Source: an uncultured virus (IMG/VR IMGVR_UViG_3300020056_000011) (Duplodnaviria; Heunggongvirae; Uroviricota; Caudoviricetes). From it: DNA of 60,676 nucleotides. The stretch lies in IMG/VR virus record IMGVR_UViG_3300020056_000011, one strand, 5' to 3'. Shown piece by piece: positions 9,678-19,620 of the stretch; position 1 is the first letter of the stretch, and every line of letters begins with the position of its first letter. The translations under genes and the position numbers were made by a program. The notes beneath the pieces are model-generated. The model did not search any database. It was not told the origin of the DNA and saw only the letters and a program-made list of their open reading frames with translations.

Positions 9678-9706
9678 GAGAGTTCTCCAGTTTTTTTACT
9701 ATTTAT

Positions 9707-12172
9707 CTATCTTTCAGCCCAAAGGTCTGCATCCGACTTCCGTGCGCCACCGCCAGTGATAAATGAATTGACTCTAGCAAATGCCCACTGTTGTGGAGTA
9801 GTTCCTGGCCTATGTCCTGTTTTCCAAGCAGCCATACCTCTGTCATATACCTTTTTTAGAATACCATATGAAATACCCGACTTTTCTGCTTTCTTTTTAA
9901 GTCCCTCGATTTGTTCATCTAGTTCTTCTTTGATAGAATTTTTGGCAAATTTGATCGCTTTTTCTGGGCCCTTGGCCGTATTACCTGTTTCTTTTGAATC
10001 CCAGAACATATTCCACACTTTACTACGTGCTGCATCATTTTTAGCTTGTTTCATGTATTTGTTTAAAATATCAGCATCTGCCTTTGAAAGTTTGTAATCT
10101 AACTTATCATCATATCTTAGATTACCACCTACTTTGTAATTTGTGTCGCCCTTATATTTCCATCTTTCTTCATCAAGTTCAACTTGTTCTTTAATAGAAT
10201 TTCTATAAAGAGTCTCTAAATCTTTACCCGACACTCCACTGAAAGATTTAGCGATAGTATATACATATGATTTTAAAGACTGTTTATCACCTTTTGATGC
10301 AATCAATTTTTTTAACGCATCAAGAGCAGCCATATTCATTCTTTCTTTATTGGTTGCAATTTTTTCATCAACAGTTTCATTTTTTTCTTTTGCTTTAAGA
10401 TATGCGGCAACCGCCATTTGTCTTATTTTTTCATCGGACTTACCTTTGAATTGCGGAGCATCTGATTTTCTAAAATCATCGATGTAATCACCAGCATCAG
10501 CATCTTTGCCTAGTTTTTCATTTTTCTTACCATATTCCATAACTTTTTTACCCAATGGCGTCAAGTTACCTTTTTTGTCATACATTTTATCAATAAGTTT
10601 TTTTTCTGCTGATGTCAATTCTTTAAGATTTCCATCATCATCGTATTTTCCCGATTTTTTCTTTGCAATAGCAATGGCAGCTTGTTGAGCTGGATTTGCT
10701 GCTTCTTTTTTATTATCCTTAGACATAGAACCCTGTTTTACAACACCAGAATTCTTAATTTTGCTGACAAGCTTCAAACGGCGCATGTTAGATATTTCGT
10801 TAAGTTTTTCTTCAATATTCATATCTACCTCTTCGTATTTTAATTCTTTACTTGATGTAGAGAAGTTTTTCTTACGCATGATTGTTTTATGTACAACTTC
10901 AAACTCACCATTCTTATAGTTGATAACTACAGGCAGATTTAAGTTAGTTGACATGTCTTTGAGAACTGCTTCGATATCGGGGTTCGCCTTGATCTGAGAA
11001 CCTTTTTTCTTCTGAATCTTTTTGAAAAACTTTTGAAGTTCTGCAACTTTGATCTCTGGATCGTTTCTATTGTCATTCATTCTATCAACAAAATGTCTTG
11101 TAAATGTAATATCAATATCATATTTTGCAAGCATTCTATCTGCAAATTTTTCCAAATCGTCTATTTGTTTTTGAGATACATCCTCTCCATACATTTTATG
11201 ATATAGGTTGGTGTATTTTGAGGGTTTTGTTTTTGCATTCGCATCGCCAGGTGCTGGTTTGTAAGAACTGTCTGAATCGTCTGATTTTTTTCCATATTTT
11301 GCGAAATGTCTTGCGCGAGCTTGTTTTGTTGACTTTGACATTTCATCGCCGTCTGCATCTTTTGCGTAGTATTTTTTAGGTTGTGTACCTTCTCTATCTT
11401 CGATATCTTTGTCCTGAGCAACCTTTCTTTCCGCAAAAAATTCTTCATATATCTCGTTGTACAGGTTGTTATCAGTTGCATCGTCTACATATCCCATATA
11501 ATCTGTTTGCATAAACTCTAGCAAATCATCTCCAACGGAATTAAGAAATTCGATCATTTCTTCGCTGAGGTTCATTGCTTTTCTTAGGTCTGCAAAGAGT
11601 TTCTTTCCATGCGTTCTTTCAAATTTACTTGGAAGTCCACTCTTGAATCCTTGAAGAATTTTTCCACCAATCTTTTCATCTTCGTATCTATTAGCAGCTG
11701 CAGCTGCTCTCATTTTAGATGCAGACATACCACTTACATCAGTAGCATTTTCATCTCTTTCTCCGGCAGAAACAATTTCAACTCCATTTTCAAACTCATA
11801 GAAACCATGACTACCAGAAACACCATTGTACTTATTCAATATTGTTTCAAATTCTGAAACTCTATCGCCACCTACAACCATAATACATCTTTCATATCCC
11901 ATCTTATATAGCATAGGAACGATATTAAAAGCAGATTTTGCATCTTTATTGGACATGATATTCTTAGAATATTTTGGAAACATTTTCTTCATATAAGAAA
12001 CTTTTGTTCTAAAATCTAGAGGGTCTTTTTTAGGATTTGTAGATTGACTTGGAAATACCATAAAATCCGCCTTTTCGCTTCTTGCGACGGCAGCAACTTT
12101 CTCTATTAGTTTTTCATGTCCAGTTGTTGGTGGATTAAATCTACCAAATGTAAAAACTACAGTATCTTTCAT
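9707..12172 (-). CDS. Cytidylyltransferase-like (HxGH nucleotidyltransferase) domain fused to multiple C-terminal modules
   Basis: VVFTFGRFNPPTTGHEKL, MVVGGDRV and SASKMR motifs; C-terminal KAEKSGISYGILKKVYDRGMAAWKTGHRPGTTPQQWAFARVNSF module. Confidence 0.8.
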   Translation of the reverse strand: MKDTVVFTFGRFNPPTTGHEKLIEKVAAVARSEKADFMVFPSQSTNPKKDPLDFRTKVSYMKKMFPKYSKNIMSNKDAKSAFNIVPMLYKMGYERCIMVVGGDRVSEFETILNKYNGVSGSHGFYEFENGVEIVSAGERDENATDVSGMSASKMRAAAAANRYEDEKIGGKILQGFKSGLPSKFERTHGKKLFADLRKAMNLSEEMIEFLNSVGDDLLEFMQTDYMGYVDDATDNNLYNEIYEEFFAERKVAQDKDIEDREGTQPKKYYAKDADGDEMSKSTKQARARHFAKYGKKSDDSDSSYKPAPGDANAKTKPSKYTNLYHKMYGEDVSQKQIDDLEKFADRMLAKYDIDITFTRHFVDRMNDNRNDPEIKVAELQKFFKKIQKKKGSQIKANPDIEAVLKDMSTNLNLPVVINYKNGEFEVVHKTIMRKKNFSTSSKELKYEEVDMNIEEKLNEISNMRRLKLVSKIKNSGVVKQGSMSKDNKKEAANPAQQAAIAIAKKKSGKYDDDGNLKELTSAEKKLIDKMYDKKGNLTPLGKKVMEYGKKNEKLGKDADAGDYIDDFRKSDAPQFKGKSDEKIRQMAVAAYLKAKEKNETVDEKIATNKERMNMAALDALKKLIASKGDKQSLKSYVYTIAKSFSGVSGKDLETLYRNSIKEQVELDEERWKYKGDTNYKVGGNLRYDDKLDYKLSKADADILNKYMKQAKNDAARSKVWNMFWDSKETGNTAKGPEKAIKFAKNSIKEELDEQIEGLKKKAEKSGISYGILKKVYDRGMAAWKTGHRPGTTPQQWAFARVNSFITGGGARKSDADLWAER

Positions 12173-12549
12173 TCTTCTGCTCTTGTTATATTCGTTATAC
12201 GATTTATTTGTTGAGTGATAATTGCTTCGCGGTTTGGCCAGTAAATATACTCTTTTTCTTTATTTTTCATCAAATTATTTAGTAGAGGTAAAATTAGATT
12301 TTCAACATCTTTCAACTTAGAATTTACAATTACTTTTTCGTTATTATAAAATTCCTTCACCGTTTCAACTTCGTCTAACATTTCACCAAGTTTATCAACT
12401 AAATTGTCCATTTTATATTCTAATAACTTGAGTCCTTCTCCAGTGCTTTCAAGTTTTTCTGACACTTCATTAGATGCCGGAGAAGGTGCAATACTTCTCA
12501 GCTCTTCTTCGTCAACGGCAGTAAATCCAAAATCTATGTCATCTGTCAT
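12169..12549 (-). CDS. Conserved hypothetical protein
   Basis: Start MTDDIDFGFTAVDEEEL; C-terminal LILPLLNNLMKNKEKEYIYWPNR motif of T4-like phages. Confidence 0.7.
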   Translation of the reverse strand: MTDDIDFGFTAVDEEELRSIAPSPASNEVSEKLESTGEGLKLLEYKMDNLVDKLGEMLDEVETVKEFYNNEKVIVNSKLKDVENLILPLLNNLMKNKEKEYIYWPNREAIITQQINRITNITRAEE

Positions 12550-12760
12550 TTTTAGTTCCTTCCTCTGGCACATACAAAAATTGGTCTTTGAGTTTTCTCC
12601 ACTGTCTACCATTTGTAAAAACAGCACTCATCAACGGTTTTTCAAATTCATTCAGGGCATGCCACATTATTTTTTTATATTCTTGTAAATAATTGGTATT
12701 CATTACATCATCAAACTTTTTTATATTAGATAAATGAATATCAAGCAACTGATGAAACAT
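12539..12760 (-). CDS. Hypothetical protein
   Basis: 73 aa ORF filling the gap, coupled to both neighbours. Confidence 0.5.
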   Translation of the reverse strand: MFHQLLDIHLSNIKKFDDVMNTNYLQEYKKIMWHALNEFEKPLMSAVFTNGRQWRKLKDQFLYVPEEGTKNDR

Positions 12761-12761
12761 T

Positions 12762-13037
12762 CTATCCCCCTTCGTAAATTTTGATTAATAAACTCCCATT
12801 GTTATCGCCTTTTATTACTCTATGATATCTGTGGTTATCTATCTTCAACCACATTCCTTTCAATAACTCAAAAGGAAATTCATCTTCAAATTGAAAAAAC
12901 CATCCATCAGATTCCATAATACGAACTAGTCTATCATTTTTGTCTCTATGCCAAACCAATTCTTCACTATCTACATCCTCATTAAATTCTCTTAAAATAC
13001 AGCTTTCTTCTTCCATCCATTCCATATAAGGTCTCAT
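12762..13037 (-). CDS. Hypothetical cupin-like protein
   Basis: ELVWHRD...GWFFQF...YHRVIKG suggests a double-stranded beta-helix; start MRPY at 13037. Confidence 0.6.
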   Translation of the reverse strand: MRPYMEWMEEESCILREFNEDVDSEELVWHRDKNDRLVRIMESDGWFFQFEDEFPFELLKGMWLKIDNHRYHRVIKGDNNGSLLIKIYEGG

Positions 13038-13041
13038 AGTA

Positions 13042-13578
13042 TCACCAAAAATAGCTTCCGCCTCCACTCAATCCAAGTTGTTTTGCATATCTAGGCAATC
13101 TACATGCCCAGTAGCCAGGTTTTGTTTTGTCGTTTTTCTGATCGCAATTATGTCTTGCTGCAAAATTTCTAGCAGCTTCTTTGTTATTAATTTTTGCAGT
13201 CAATCCAGTTGTATCTCCAAACTCAACCTTTATAACATTTCCCTTTTCATTTTTCACATAAACATAGTATTTCTTGTTACCGCCTCTTTTGGGAGAATTT
13301 AATTCTACATCTTTTTCTTCCTCAACCAAAAAAGGACAATCGAGCGGGACATGTTCATTTTCAAACAATTCCCACTTTCCAATATCTGTTTCAAGAATTT
13401 CTATATCATATGAATCGAATTCTAGTTTTCCTTCTTCATACATTTTTCTTGCAATATTAAAAGTTTCAAAAAATGCATTCGATCCTAAACGAAATACATT
13501 ATCTAATAATGGAATTTCACTAATAACATGATATTCTACCATCTCTTCAATATTTTGAAACTGTCTAAAACTTTTCAT
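13042..13578 (-). CDS. Conserved hypothetical protein with capsid-targeting-like leader
   Basis: N-terminus MKSFRQFQNIEE; KKYYVYVKN..VIKVEFGD..FAARHNC..PGYWAC domain. Confidence 0.7.
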   Translation of the reverse strand: MKSFRQFQNIEEMVEYHVISEIPLLDNVFRLGSNAFFETFNIARKMYEEGKLEFDSYDIEILETDIGKWELFENEHVPLDCPFLVEEEKDVELNSPKRGGNKKYYVYVKNEKGNVIKVEFGDTTGLTAKINNKEAARNFAARHNCDQKNDKTKPGYWACRLPRYAKQLGLSGGGSYFW

Positions 13579-13871
13579 TTCATCAAACCCTGTATTGTTT
13601 TCAACGCCTTCTTAGCGTCTGGATGTTTTGGATTAATACTTACTTCATCTCCATTCATAAAATCTGATATGTTAGCAGATTTTCCTAACGCAGTTATTGC
13701 TTTATGTAATGGGTCTTTAGGGTCATATCTGGTTTCAAAACCAGGCTTGCCTCTTAATTCTACCCATTTGTTATCGCCCTTATTCCACATCTTTAAAACA
13801 TCCATGTCTTTGCCACGGATTAACTTGAATTTAATTCCTTCGTCCAAAAATTGAGCAAAGCTTTGCATCAT
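13575..13871 (-). CDS. Hypothetical protein with capsid-targeting-like leader
   Basis: N-terminus MQSFAQFLDE. Confidence 0.65.
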   Translation of the reverse strand: MMQSFAQFLDEGIKFKLIRGKDMDVLKMWNKGDNKWVELRGKPGFETRYDPKDPLHKAITALGKSANISDFMNGDEVSINPKHPDAKKALKTIQGLMK

Positions 13872-14971
13872 TCAAAATCCAGATCATCCATTATACTATA
13901 ATCATACACGGAATCGATGTAATCTTTGGCTTTTGTAATTTTAGATACAATCCAAGGTTCGATTTCAAATTTCTCTATCTGAGGTCTTCCCATCTCTTCT
14001 TCCATTGCATCTATAAGTTCATCTAATTTGTTTTGCATGATTATCATGTCGCGCATCATCATTTCGGCAGTCTCGCCCACAAAATCTCTTTCTTCAGAAA
14101 TATTTTCATTTTGTCTCCGCAAAACAGCCCTAACTTGTGGGTGGTCAGATAAACCTTTTTTGATTTTATCAATTGCTTTAACTGCGCCTGTCATATTACC
14201 ATCTTTATAACGCTTATCAGATGCAACGCCTATAGCCATTTTGATTTCTTTGTCCGAAAACTTTTGTTCCTCTAAAGTTTCTTCTTTAATATTTCTTTTT
14301 GCCTTTTGTCCAGAAATCCATTTTTGAGCAGCTTTATTTTCAGGAGTTTTCTTTGCCCATGATGAAATTGCTCTATATGTTGCCATAACATCTCTTTCAA
14401 AATCTGCGCCATCAGAATTATCAACAATGAACATTTTTGATTTGAATGCTCTTTGGAACTTTCCAATGTTATCTTGAACTCCTTTCCACATCTTACCAAC
14501 TTCGGCGGCACCAAGCGTCCTGCTTCTCGCGGCATCTCTAGCAACGGCCGTTTCTAAATTTGTGTTTACAAAAATCATTGCAGTTTCATAACCAAGTTTT
14601 TCTAACTGAGCTTTTTGTTTTGCAATCTTTTCATAATCTTTTCCCGTACCATCAATAACCAATCCCAATCTACCCTGTACATAGAGAGATTGTTGTTTGG
14701 ATGTTACTTTTTTTGCTCGAACTCTGGCAGTCTGACCAGCATCAGACCAAATATCGTCTGGTGTCATTTCAAGTCCAGCCTTTGCAAGTGCCTTTTCAAA
14801 CGCTGGGTCTGAATTTACAACTCTCATTCCAAGAGAAGTAAGTGCAGTTTTTCCCACAATAAAAGATTTTCCTGAACCGGGCCCGCCGGCAAGAAATACT
14901 GCTTTAAAAATAGAAGGATCGTTAACACCTTCTTCCAATCTAAGTCTTTCTATAATTCTTATTATGTCCAT
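13868..14971 (-). CDS. P-loop kinase (zeta-toxin/AAA_33-like) with C-terminal extra modules
   Basis: Walker A LAGGPGSGKS, VVNSD, LVIDGTG, lid motif ARDAARSR. Confidence 0.75.
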   Translation of the reverse strand: MDIIRIIERLRLEEGVNDPSIFKAVFLAGGPGSGKSFIVGKTALTSLGMRVVNSDPAFEKALAKAGLEMTPDDIWSDAGQTARVRAKKVTSKQQSLYVQGRLGLVIDGTGKDYEKIAKQKAQLEKLGYETAMIFVNTNLETAVARDAARSRTLGAAEVGKMWKGVQDNIGKFQRAFKSKMFIVDNSDGADFERDVMATYRAISSWAKKTPENKAAQKWISGQKAKRNIKEETLEEQKFSDKEIKMAIGVASDKRYKDGNMTGAVKAIDKIKKGLSDHPQVRAVLRRQNENISEERDFVGETAEMMMRDMIIMQNKLDELIDAMEEEMGRPQIEKFEIEPWIVSKITKAKDYIDSVYDYSIMDDLDFE

Positions 14972-16228
14972 TTACTTGTCCCATGCCTTTGCTGCGGTAA
15001 AGTTGTTATAACTAAATTCCATTCTATCTACAAGTTTCACAGCATTAGTTCCAGTGTGGTCAATTGCAACATATCCCTCTGGATTTGTTACTTTATAACC
15101 ATTATCAGTTCTAACAAAAATATCCGTCATTTGTTTAATACTATTTAGTTTATTTACGATTAGAGTTTTAGCTGCAATCATTTCTTCCATAAAGTCAACT
15201 ATCGCATATACAACCGAATCTAACTTGATTAGTTTTTTGACCAATTCATCTCTTAATTCTTCTTTTATTTGACGTGATTTTTCTGTTTTCAATTTGGAAA
15301 TTATCTTATTATCAAAATAATTTTTGACATACATTGAATAATCAAAGTTTTTCAAATTTTTTGTCGAAATATTCTTTCCTTCTCTGATGTATGCATTCAA
15401 GAAAGTTTTGAAACTTGCACCAGACAATCCTTTCACCAATGTTTTATTCTGAATTTCTAAAAATGAATTAAATTCATTTGCTTTGATTTTTTTGAATTTT
15501 CTACCGACAGATGAGAGTTGTCCATTAAGAGTTTTCAATTCAGATGCAGTAAACTTAGCAGTCCCAGAAACATCTTTAAATGTTGCATCATCCATCCAAA
15601 CTGAAGATGTTTTCTTGAGCCCAGAAATATTAACTCCAAATGAAGCTGTCATTCCTTGCAAATCTTTTCCTTTATATGTTGTATGCCAAACAACACCAAC
15701 CTTAGATGCAGAAATTTCTTTTCCAATAGAAGAGTCTTTTTGAACAGCATATACTAATGTATTTGGTTGAAATGTAATATAAGTTTTGCCATCCAAAGTT
15801 TTTTCTTCTCTTTCATCAGTATACATCAGGTCGCCCTGAATAACATCTTTGATTCCCAACTTGGAAAACTCTGAAAATGCAACTTTAAATTTTGACTTTA
15901 GGTTTGGCGACAAGTCGGAAGTTGTTTCAATTTCATCTATGCTTTTATACAACAATGGCACTGCATTAAATACAGACTTTTTTGCGACAAAAAACTTACC
16001 ATCGGAAGGATCAGTACCAGCAAAAATTGCTGGAGCTCCGTCCCACTTTACGGTCATATTGATCTTAGAAGTAGCAGAACCAGATAACATATCTCTAAGG
16101 GCTCTTAAAAAGTTTACTGCGCCTCTTGCACCATTAATACCATTATTAATAATTTCATCTTCAAGATGTTCTAGGTGTAAATTTTTACCTTCTTTTGATT
16201 CGTTTAAATGTGTTCTAAAACTTTTCAT
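14972..16228 (-). CDS. Conserved T4-like protein with ATP-dependent ligase-like (covalent nucleotidyltransferase) motifs
   Basis: Leader MKSFRTHLNE; TVKWDGAP (KxDG), QGDLMY, PEGYV, VKLVDR. Confidence 0.6.
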   Translation of the reverse strand: MKSFRTHLNESKEGKNLHLEHLEDEIINNGINGARGAVNFLRALRDMLSGSATSKINMTVKWDGAPAIFAGTDPSDGKFFVAKKSVFNAVPLLYKSIDEIETTSDLSPNLKSKFKVAFSEFSKLGIKDVIQGDLMYTDEREEKTLDGKTYITFQPNTLVYAVQKDSSIGKEISASKVGVVWHTTYKGKDLQGMTASFGVNISGLKKTSSVWMDDATFKDVSGTAKFTASELKTLNGQLSSVGRKFKKIKANEFNSFLEIQNKTLVKGLSGASFKTFLNAYIREGKNISTKNLKNFDYSMYVKNYFDNKIISKLKTEKSRQIKEELRDELVKKLIKLDSVVYAIVDFMEEMIAAKTLIVNKLNSIKQMTDIFVRTDNGYKVTNPEGYVAIDHTGTNAVKLVDRMEFSYNNFTAAKAWDK

Positions 16229-17556
16229 TAGTATAACTTTCCAAATGGGCCGAACATTGGGCCTTTTTTCTGTGCCATAAAAAATAAATCCCTTATAAAC
16301 TCTTTTCTTCTAGATAATGATAAATTTGCTATAATATATGCAAAACATACGATTTGAGATATAACAACATTATCTTTACTTCTTCCTTTTGACCAAGATT
16401 CTTCAAGTTGGTCTACAAATTTATCTAAATTTCCATCAATTGTAAAAAGTGTTTTATTTCTTTTTATAACCGATATTTTATTTTCAAAATCTTTCCTATC
16501 AAACTTCATATAATGAGTGTGTTCTGGCATCAAGTATCCATCTTTTTTTAATTCAAGTTTCAACATATCTTTTGGAACTTTTCCTAAAAACGCAGCAGCT
16601 CCAGTTCCAACAAACTCATATGTGATGTTTCCAATTTGAGCCTGATTGCTTTTTACTCCCATACGATAAGTTTTGTTTTGGTATTTTACTTCTAATTGAC
16701 TAGTAACCGAAGTAAAAGACTTTGTTTTTTCATTATATGGAATATTTAAAAGAAACTTTGAATAGTCTACAGAACTTTCTTTAGTAGAAGATTTTAAATT
16801 TATTAAATCATAATTTAATTTTTTTCCATCATTCTTTTTCAAAGAAATACCAACAATGTCTGTATTATTATACGCAGAAACTAATATGGCATTACACTCT
16901 TGAATACTAACCGCTTCATTTAACATCGCTTCGTATTTTTTATAAGCAGACGACCTTAAAAGCCATATATCAGCAGGATTCCACGAATCTTTCTTTGCAA
17001 TATCAAACTTACTATTTACTAATTTTGATATATAATCCATAAATCCACCATCACGATTATAAACATCAAATGTACTATTGGGTAGTTTGGTTTCTTTTTC
17101 GATTTGATTAAATTGCAATTCAAACGAATTATACCAAGACTTTTCATATGGAAGATTGGGATATATTTCTAAGAGTGTCGGAAGCAATTGGTCGAATTTC
17201 TTGTAATTTTTTGTTTTACTAGATAATAATTCTTCAAATATTTTAAGAGTAATTAATTCTTGTTGTTGAGTAGTAGGAGCATTACTACTTGGATTAGATC
17301 CATTTCCAAATTTAAGAGATATTCCTATATATTTTTTCTTATATGAATTTATATCGACCATATTCTTAAAATCATTAAGAATCTTTGCGTTTCCGAATCC
17401 TGCGCTACCTGTCTCTATTGTAATAAATTCATCAAAAGATTTTCCAAAGTTCGATTTCATTTCTTCGAATAATGAAACCAAAACTTTTTCTTTACTCATT
17501 ACCACCCCAAGATCTTTTATATCTTGGGATGATTTTGGTCTATAATTATAAGCCAT
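16228..17556 (-). CDS. Hypothetical protein, PD-(D/E)xK nuclease-like
   Basis: QQE helix, WNPADIWL and IVGISLKK match the pattern of restriction-like nucleases. Confidence 0.5.
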   Translation of the reverse strand: MAYNYRPKSSQDIKDLGVVMSKEKVLVSLFEEMKSNFGKSFDEFITIETGSAGFGNAKILNDFKNMVDINSYKKKYIGISLKFGNGSNPSSNAPTTQQQELITLKIFEELLSSKTKNYKKFDQLLPTLLEIYPNLPYEKSWYNSFELQFNQIEKETKLPNSTFDVYNRDGGFMDYISKLVNSKFDIAKKDSWNPADIWLLRSSAYKKYEAMLNEAVSIQECNAILVSAYNNTDIVGISLKKNDGKKLNYDLINLKSSTKESSVDYSKFLLNIPYNEKTKSFTSVTSQLEVKYQNKTYRMGVKSNQAQIGNITYEFVGTGAAAFLGKVPKDMLKLELKKDGYLMPEHTHYMKFDRKDFENKISVIKRNKTLFTIDGNLDKFVDQLEESWSKGRSKDNVVISQIVCFAYIIANLSLSRRKEFIRDLFFMAQKKGPMFGPFGKLY

Positions 17557-17594
17557 GAAATGGAATTACCCTTTATATATTGAGTTAATACCAC

Positions 17595-17602
17595 TATTTA
17601 TA
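17595..17602 (-). promoter_or_regulatory. T4-type late promoter heading the block that starts at 17556
   Basis: Exact TATAAATA about 40 nt upstream of the ATG at 17556. Confidence 0.7.
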
Positions 17603-17605
17603 ATT

Positions 17606-18238
17606 TTACATGTAGTGTAGATATGTACCTACAATGTACTTATCATTGGATACAGCGGGCTGAGCTTGGTGTGGATGCGTCCAAAAAGGCGGAAACACTG
17701 CGAGTCTGCCCTGTACTGGTGAGATACTTGTATTGTAATCAGGAAATACGGTCTCTCCCCCTTCCTCTACAGTATTGAGATAAAAGAAGCACACAAGAAA
17801 TCTTCTTGCAGAAGCATAATCACCAACATCCGCATGATACTTGAAATCATCCTCAGAACCAGCAAAATATTTTTTCATTCTCACTTCTTCATTATGACAT
17901 TGTTGAGGAAAAAATGCGATATTATTGTGTTGTCTATAACTCTCAACATATTCGGAAACTTTCCCTAAAAGTTCCATTGATAGTTCTTCAAACTTCGGAT
18001 TTGCAGAAAGAAGTGCTGGATCAAAAAAATTCAATTCAGTAAAACTTCTATATTCTGGATGTTCTGTTTTCTTATGATATTCAGAAGCCTTTTCAAACTC
18101 TTCAATAATTTCTTCACACTTTTCTGCTGACAAAACATTGTCCCATACAGAAATCCAAGCCATGTTACCATCTGGTGGTTTAACTCTAAAAGTTTCTTGG
18201 TCTACCTCAAAATTTACTACTTCTTTTTCGTCCGTCAT
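17606..18238 (-). CDS. 2OG-Fe(II) oxygenase (prolyl-4-hydroxylase-like)
   Basis: YHAD (HxD), FFYLNTVEEGGETVF, FPPFWTHPH, KYIVGTY. Confidence 0.88.
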   Translation of the reverse strand: MTDEKEVVNFEVDQETFRVKPPDGNMAWISVWDNVLSAEKCEEIIEEFEKASEYHKKTEHPEYRSFTELNFFDPALLSANPKFEELSMELLGKVSEYVESYRQHNNIAFFPQQCHNEEVRMKKYFAGSEDDFKYHADVGDYASARRFLVCFFYLNTVEEGGETVFPDYNTSISPVQGRLAVFPPFWTHPHQAQPAVSNDKYIVGTYLHYM

Positions 18239-19620
18239 AGTTTAATCTCCACTTTTCCTATCTTTTTGCTAGATTTATTAGAGAATGTTTCTCTATAAGT
18301 ATTATCAGTTCTTTCCTGTATTAATTCATCCTGTGCGTCATCTTCAACATCATACAACCTCATTTTTGGTCTATCAATTCCAACAACAAATCTTTTATTT
18401 TCATTTGGATCATTATATCGATTCTTCAATTGTTTAATCAATATCTGTCCCATATCTTCAAGTTCTTCTGTTGATATTAGAGCAAACATCAAATCTGCTG
18501 TAGCAGGCAAACCAAAACTCTCAGATGTGTCAGTCAAATCAACATCACTGTTTGCATAACCACCTCTGGTCGTCTGTGTTGCAGTCACAATAGGCACATC
18601 ATTTTCAACAGCAAGACCTCTTAGTTCTTCTGCAATTGATTTTATCAATGTATATGAGTTTGCACCAGCGCCAGGTTTAATTCTTGCAGATGCACATATA
18701 TTTAGGTAATCAATATAGATAACTTTTGGTCTAAAATTCTTCTTCAAAGATAACTCATTCAACAAGTGTCTGAAATGATTTGCATTTGCGACAGCTGTTG
18801 GATACTCTTTGATAATCATTTTACCAGTTGTCTTTTTCTTGATTCGATCAATCTTTTTATCAAATGTACCTCTTGCCATTGCAGAAACATCTTGAATGCT
18901 GGTGTTTAAAAGATTTGCATCAATTCTTTCTGCAATCTTTTCTTCTGCCATTTCACATGTAATATACAAAACATCATATCCCATTAGAAGATGGTTTGCT
19001 GCACAATCACACATAAACAGAGATTTACCAACACCAGTTCCAGCAAGTGCAACATTCAATGTTTTCTTTGGAAGTCCACCCTTCGTGATACGATTTAACA
19101 TATCAAGATGAAATGGAATTTTTTCTTCAACTCTCTGATAAAAGTCAAATCGTTCTTCCCAATCATCAATAAAATCATGACCAATATTACTATCAAATGA
19201 AACTGCAAGAGCCTCACTCAAAATCTTTGGCATGTTTCCTTTTTCTGGAGAATCTTCATTAATGATATTGATAGATTTCATCACCGCATTATATATAGCT
19301 CTATCTTGACACCACTTTTCAGTTGCATCCAATTGCCATTCACTATTTCTATGTTCATCTCTTTGATTATGGAGATAATTTATAAACTGAGAACATTCTG
19401 TGTAAATATTTTCAGAAACATTTATATCGTCTAAAGAAATCAATAAAGATTCTTTGGTAGGCAAATCATTATATTTTTCGATATGATTCTTAATCATATC
19501 AAAAATAATTTTATTGGATTCGGTTTGAAAATATTCTCGTTCTATAAACGGCAATGCCTTTCTTACATAAGCATCATCCGAAAACAAACAATTCATAACA
19601 ACTTGTTCAGTTAGTTCCAT
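18235..19620 (-). CDS. gp41: Replicative DNA helicase (T4 gp41)
   Basis: LAGTGVGKSLFMC, IDYLNIC, SIAEELRGLAVE, TSESFGLPATAD, KQLKNRY. Confidence 0.96.
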   Translation of the reverse strand: MELTEQVVMNCLFSDDAYVRKALPFIEREYFQTESNKIIFDMIKNHIEKYNDLPTKESLLISLDDINVSENIYTECSQFINYLHNQRDEHRNSEWQLDATEKWCQDRAIYNAVMKSINIINEDSPEKGNMPKILSEALAVSFDSNIGHDFIDDWEERFDFYQRVEEKIPFHLDMLNRITKGGLPKKTLNVALAGTGVGKSLFMCDCAANHLLMGYDVLYITCEMAEEKIAERIDANLLNTSIQDVSAMARGTFDKKIDRIKKKTTGKMIIKEYPTAVANANHFRHLLNELSLKKNFRPKVIYIDYLNICASARIKPGAGANSYTLIKSIAEELRGLAVENDVPIVTATQTTRGGYANSDVDLTDTSESFGLPATADLMFALISTEELEDMGQILIKQLKNRYNDPNENKRFVVGIDRPKMRLYDVEDDAQDELIQERTDNTYRETFSNKSSKKIGKVEIKL

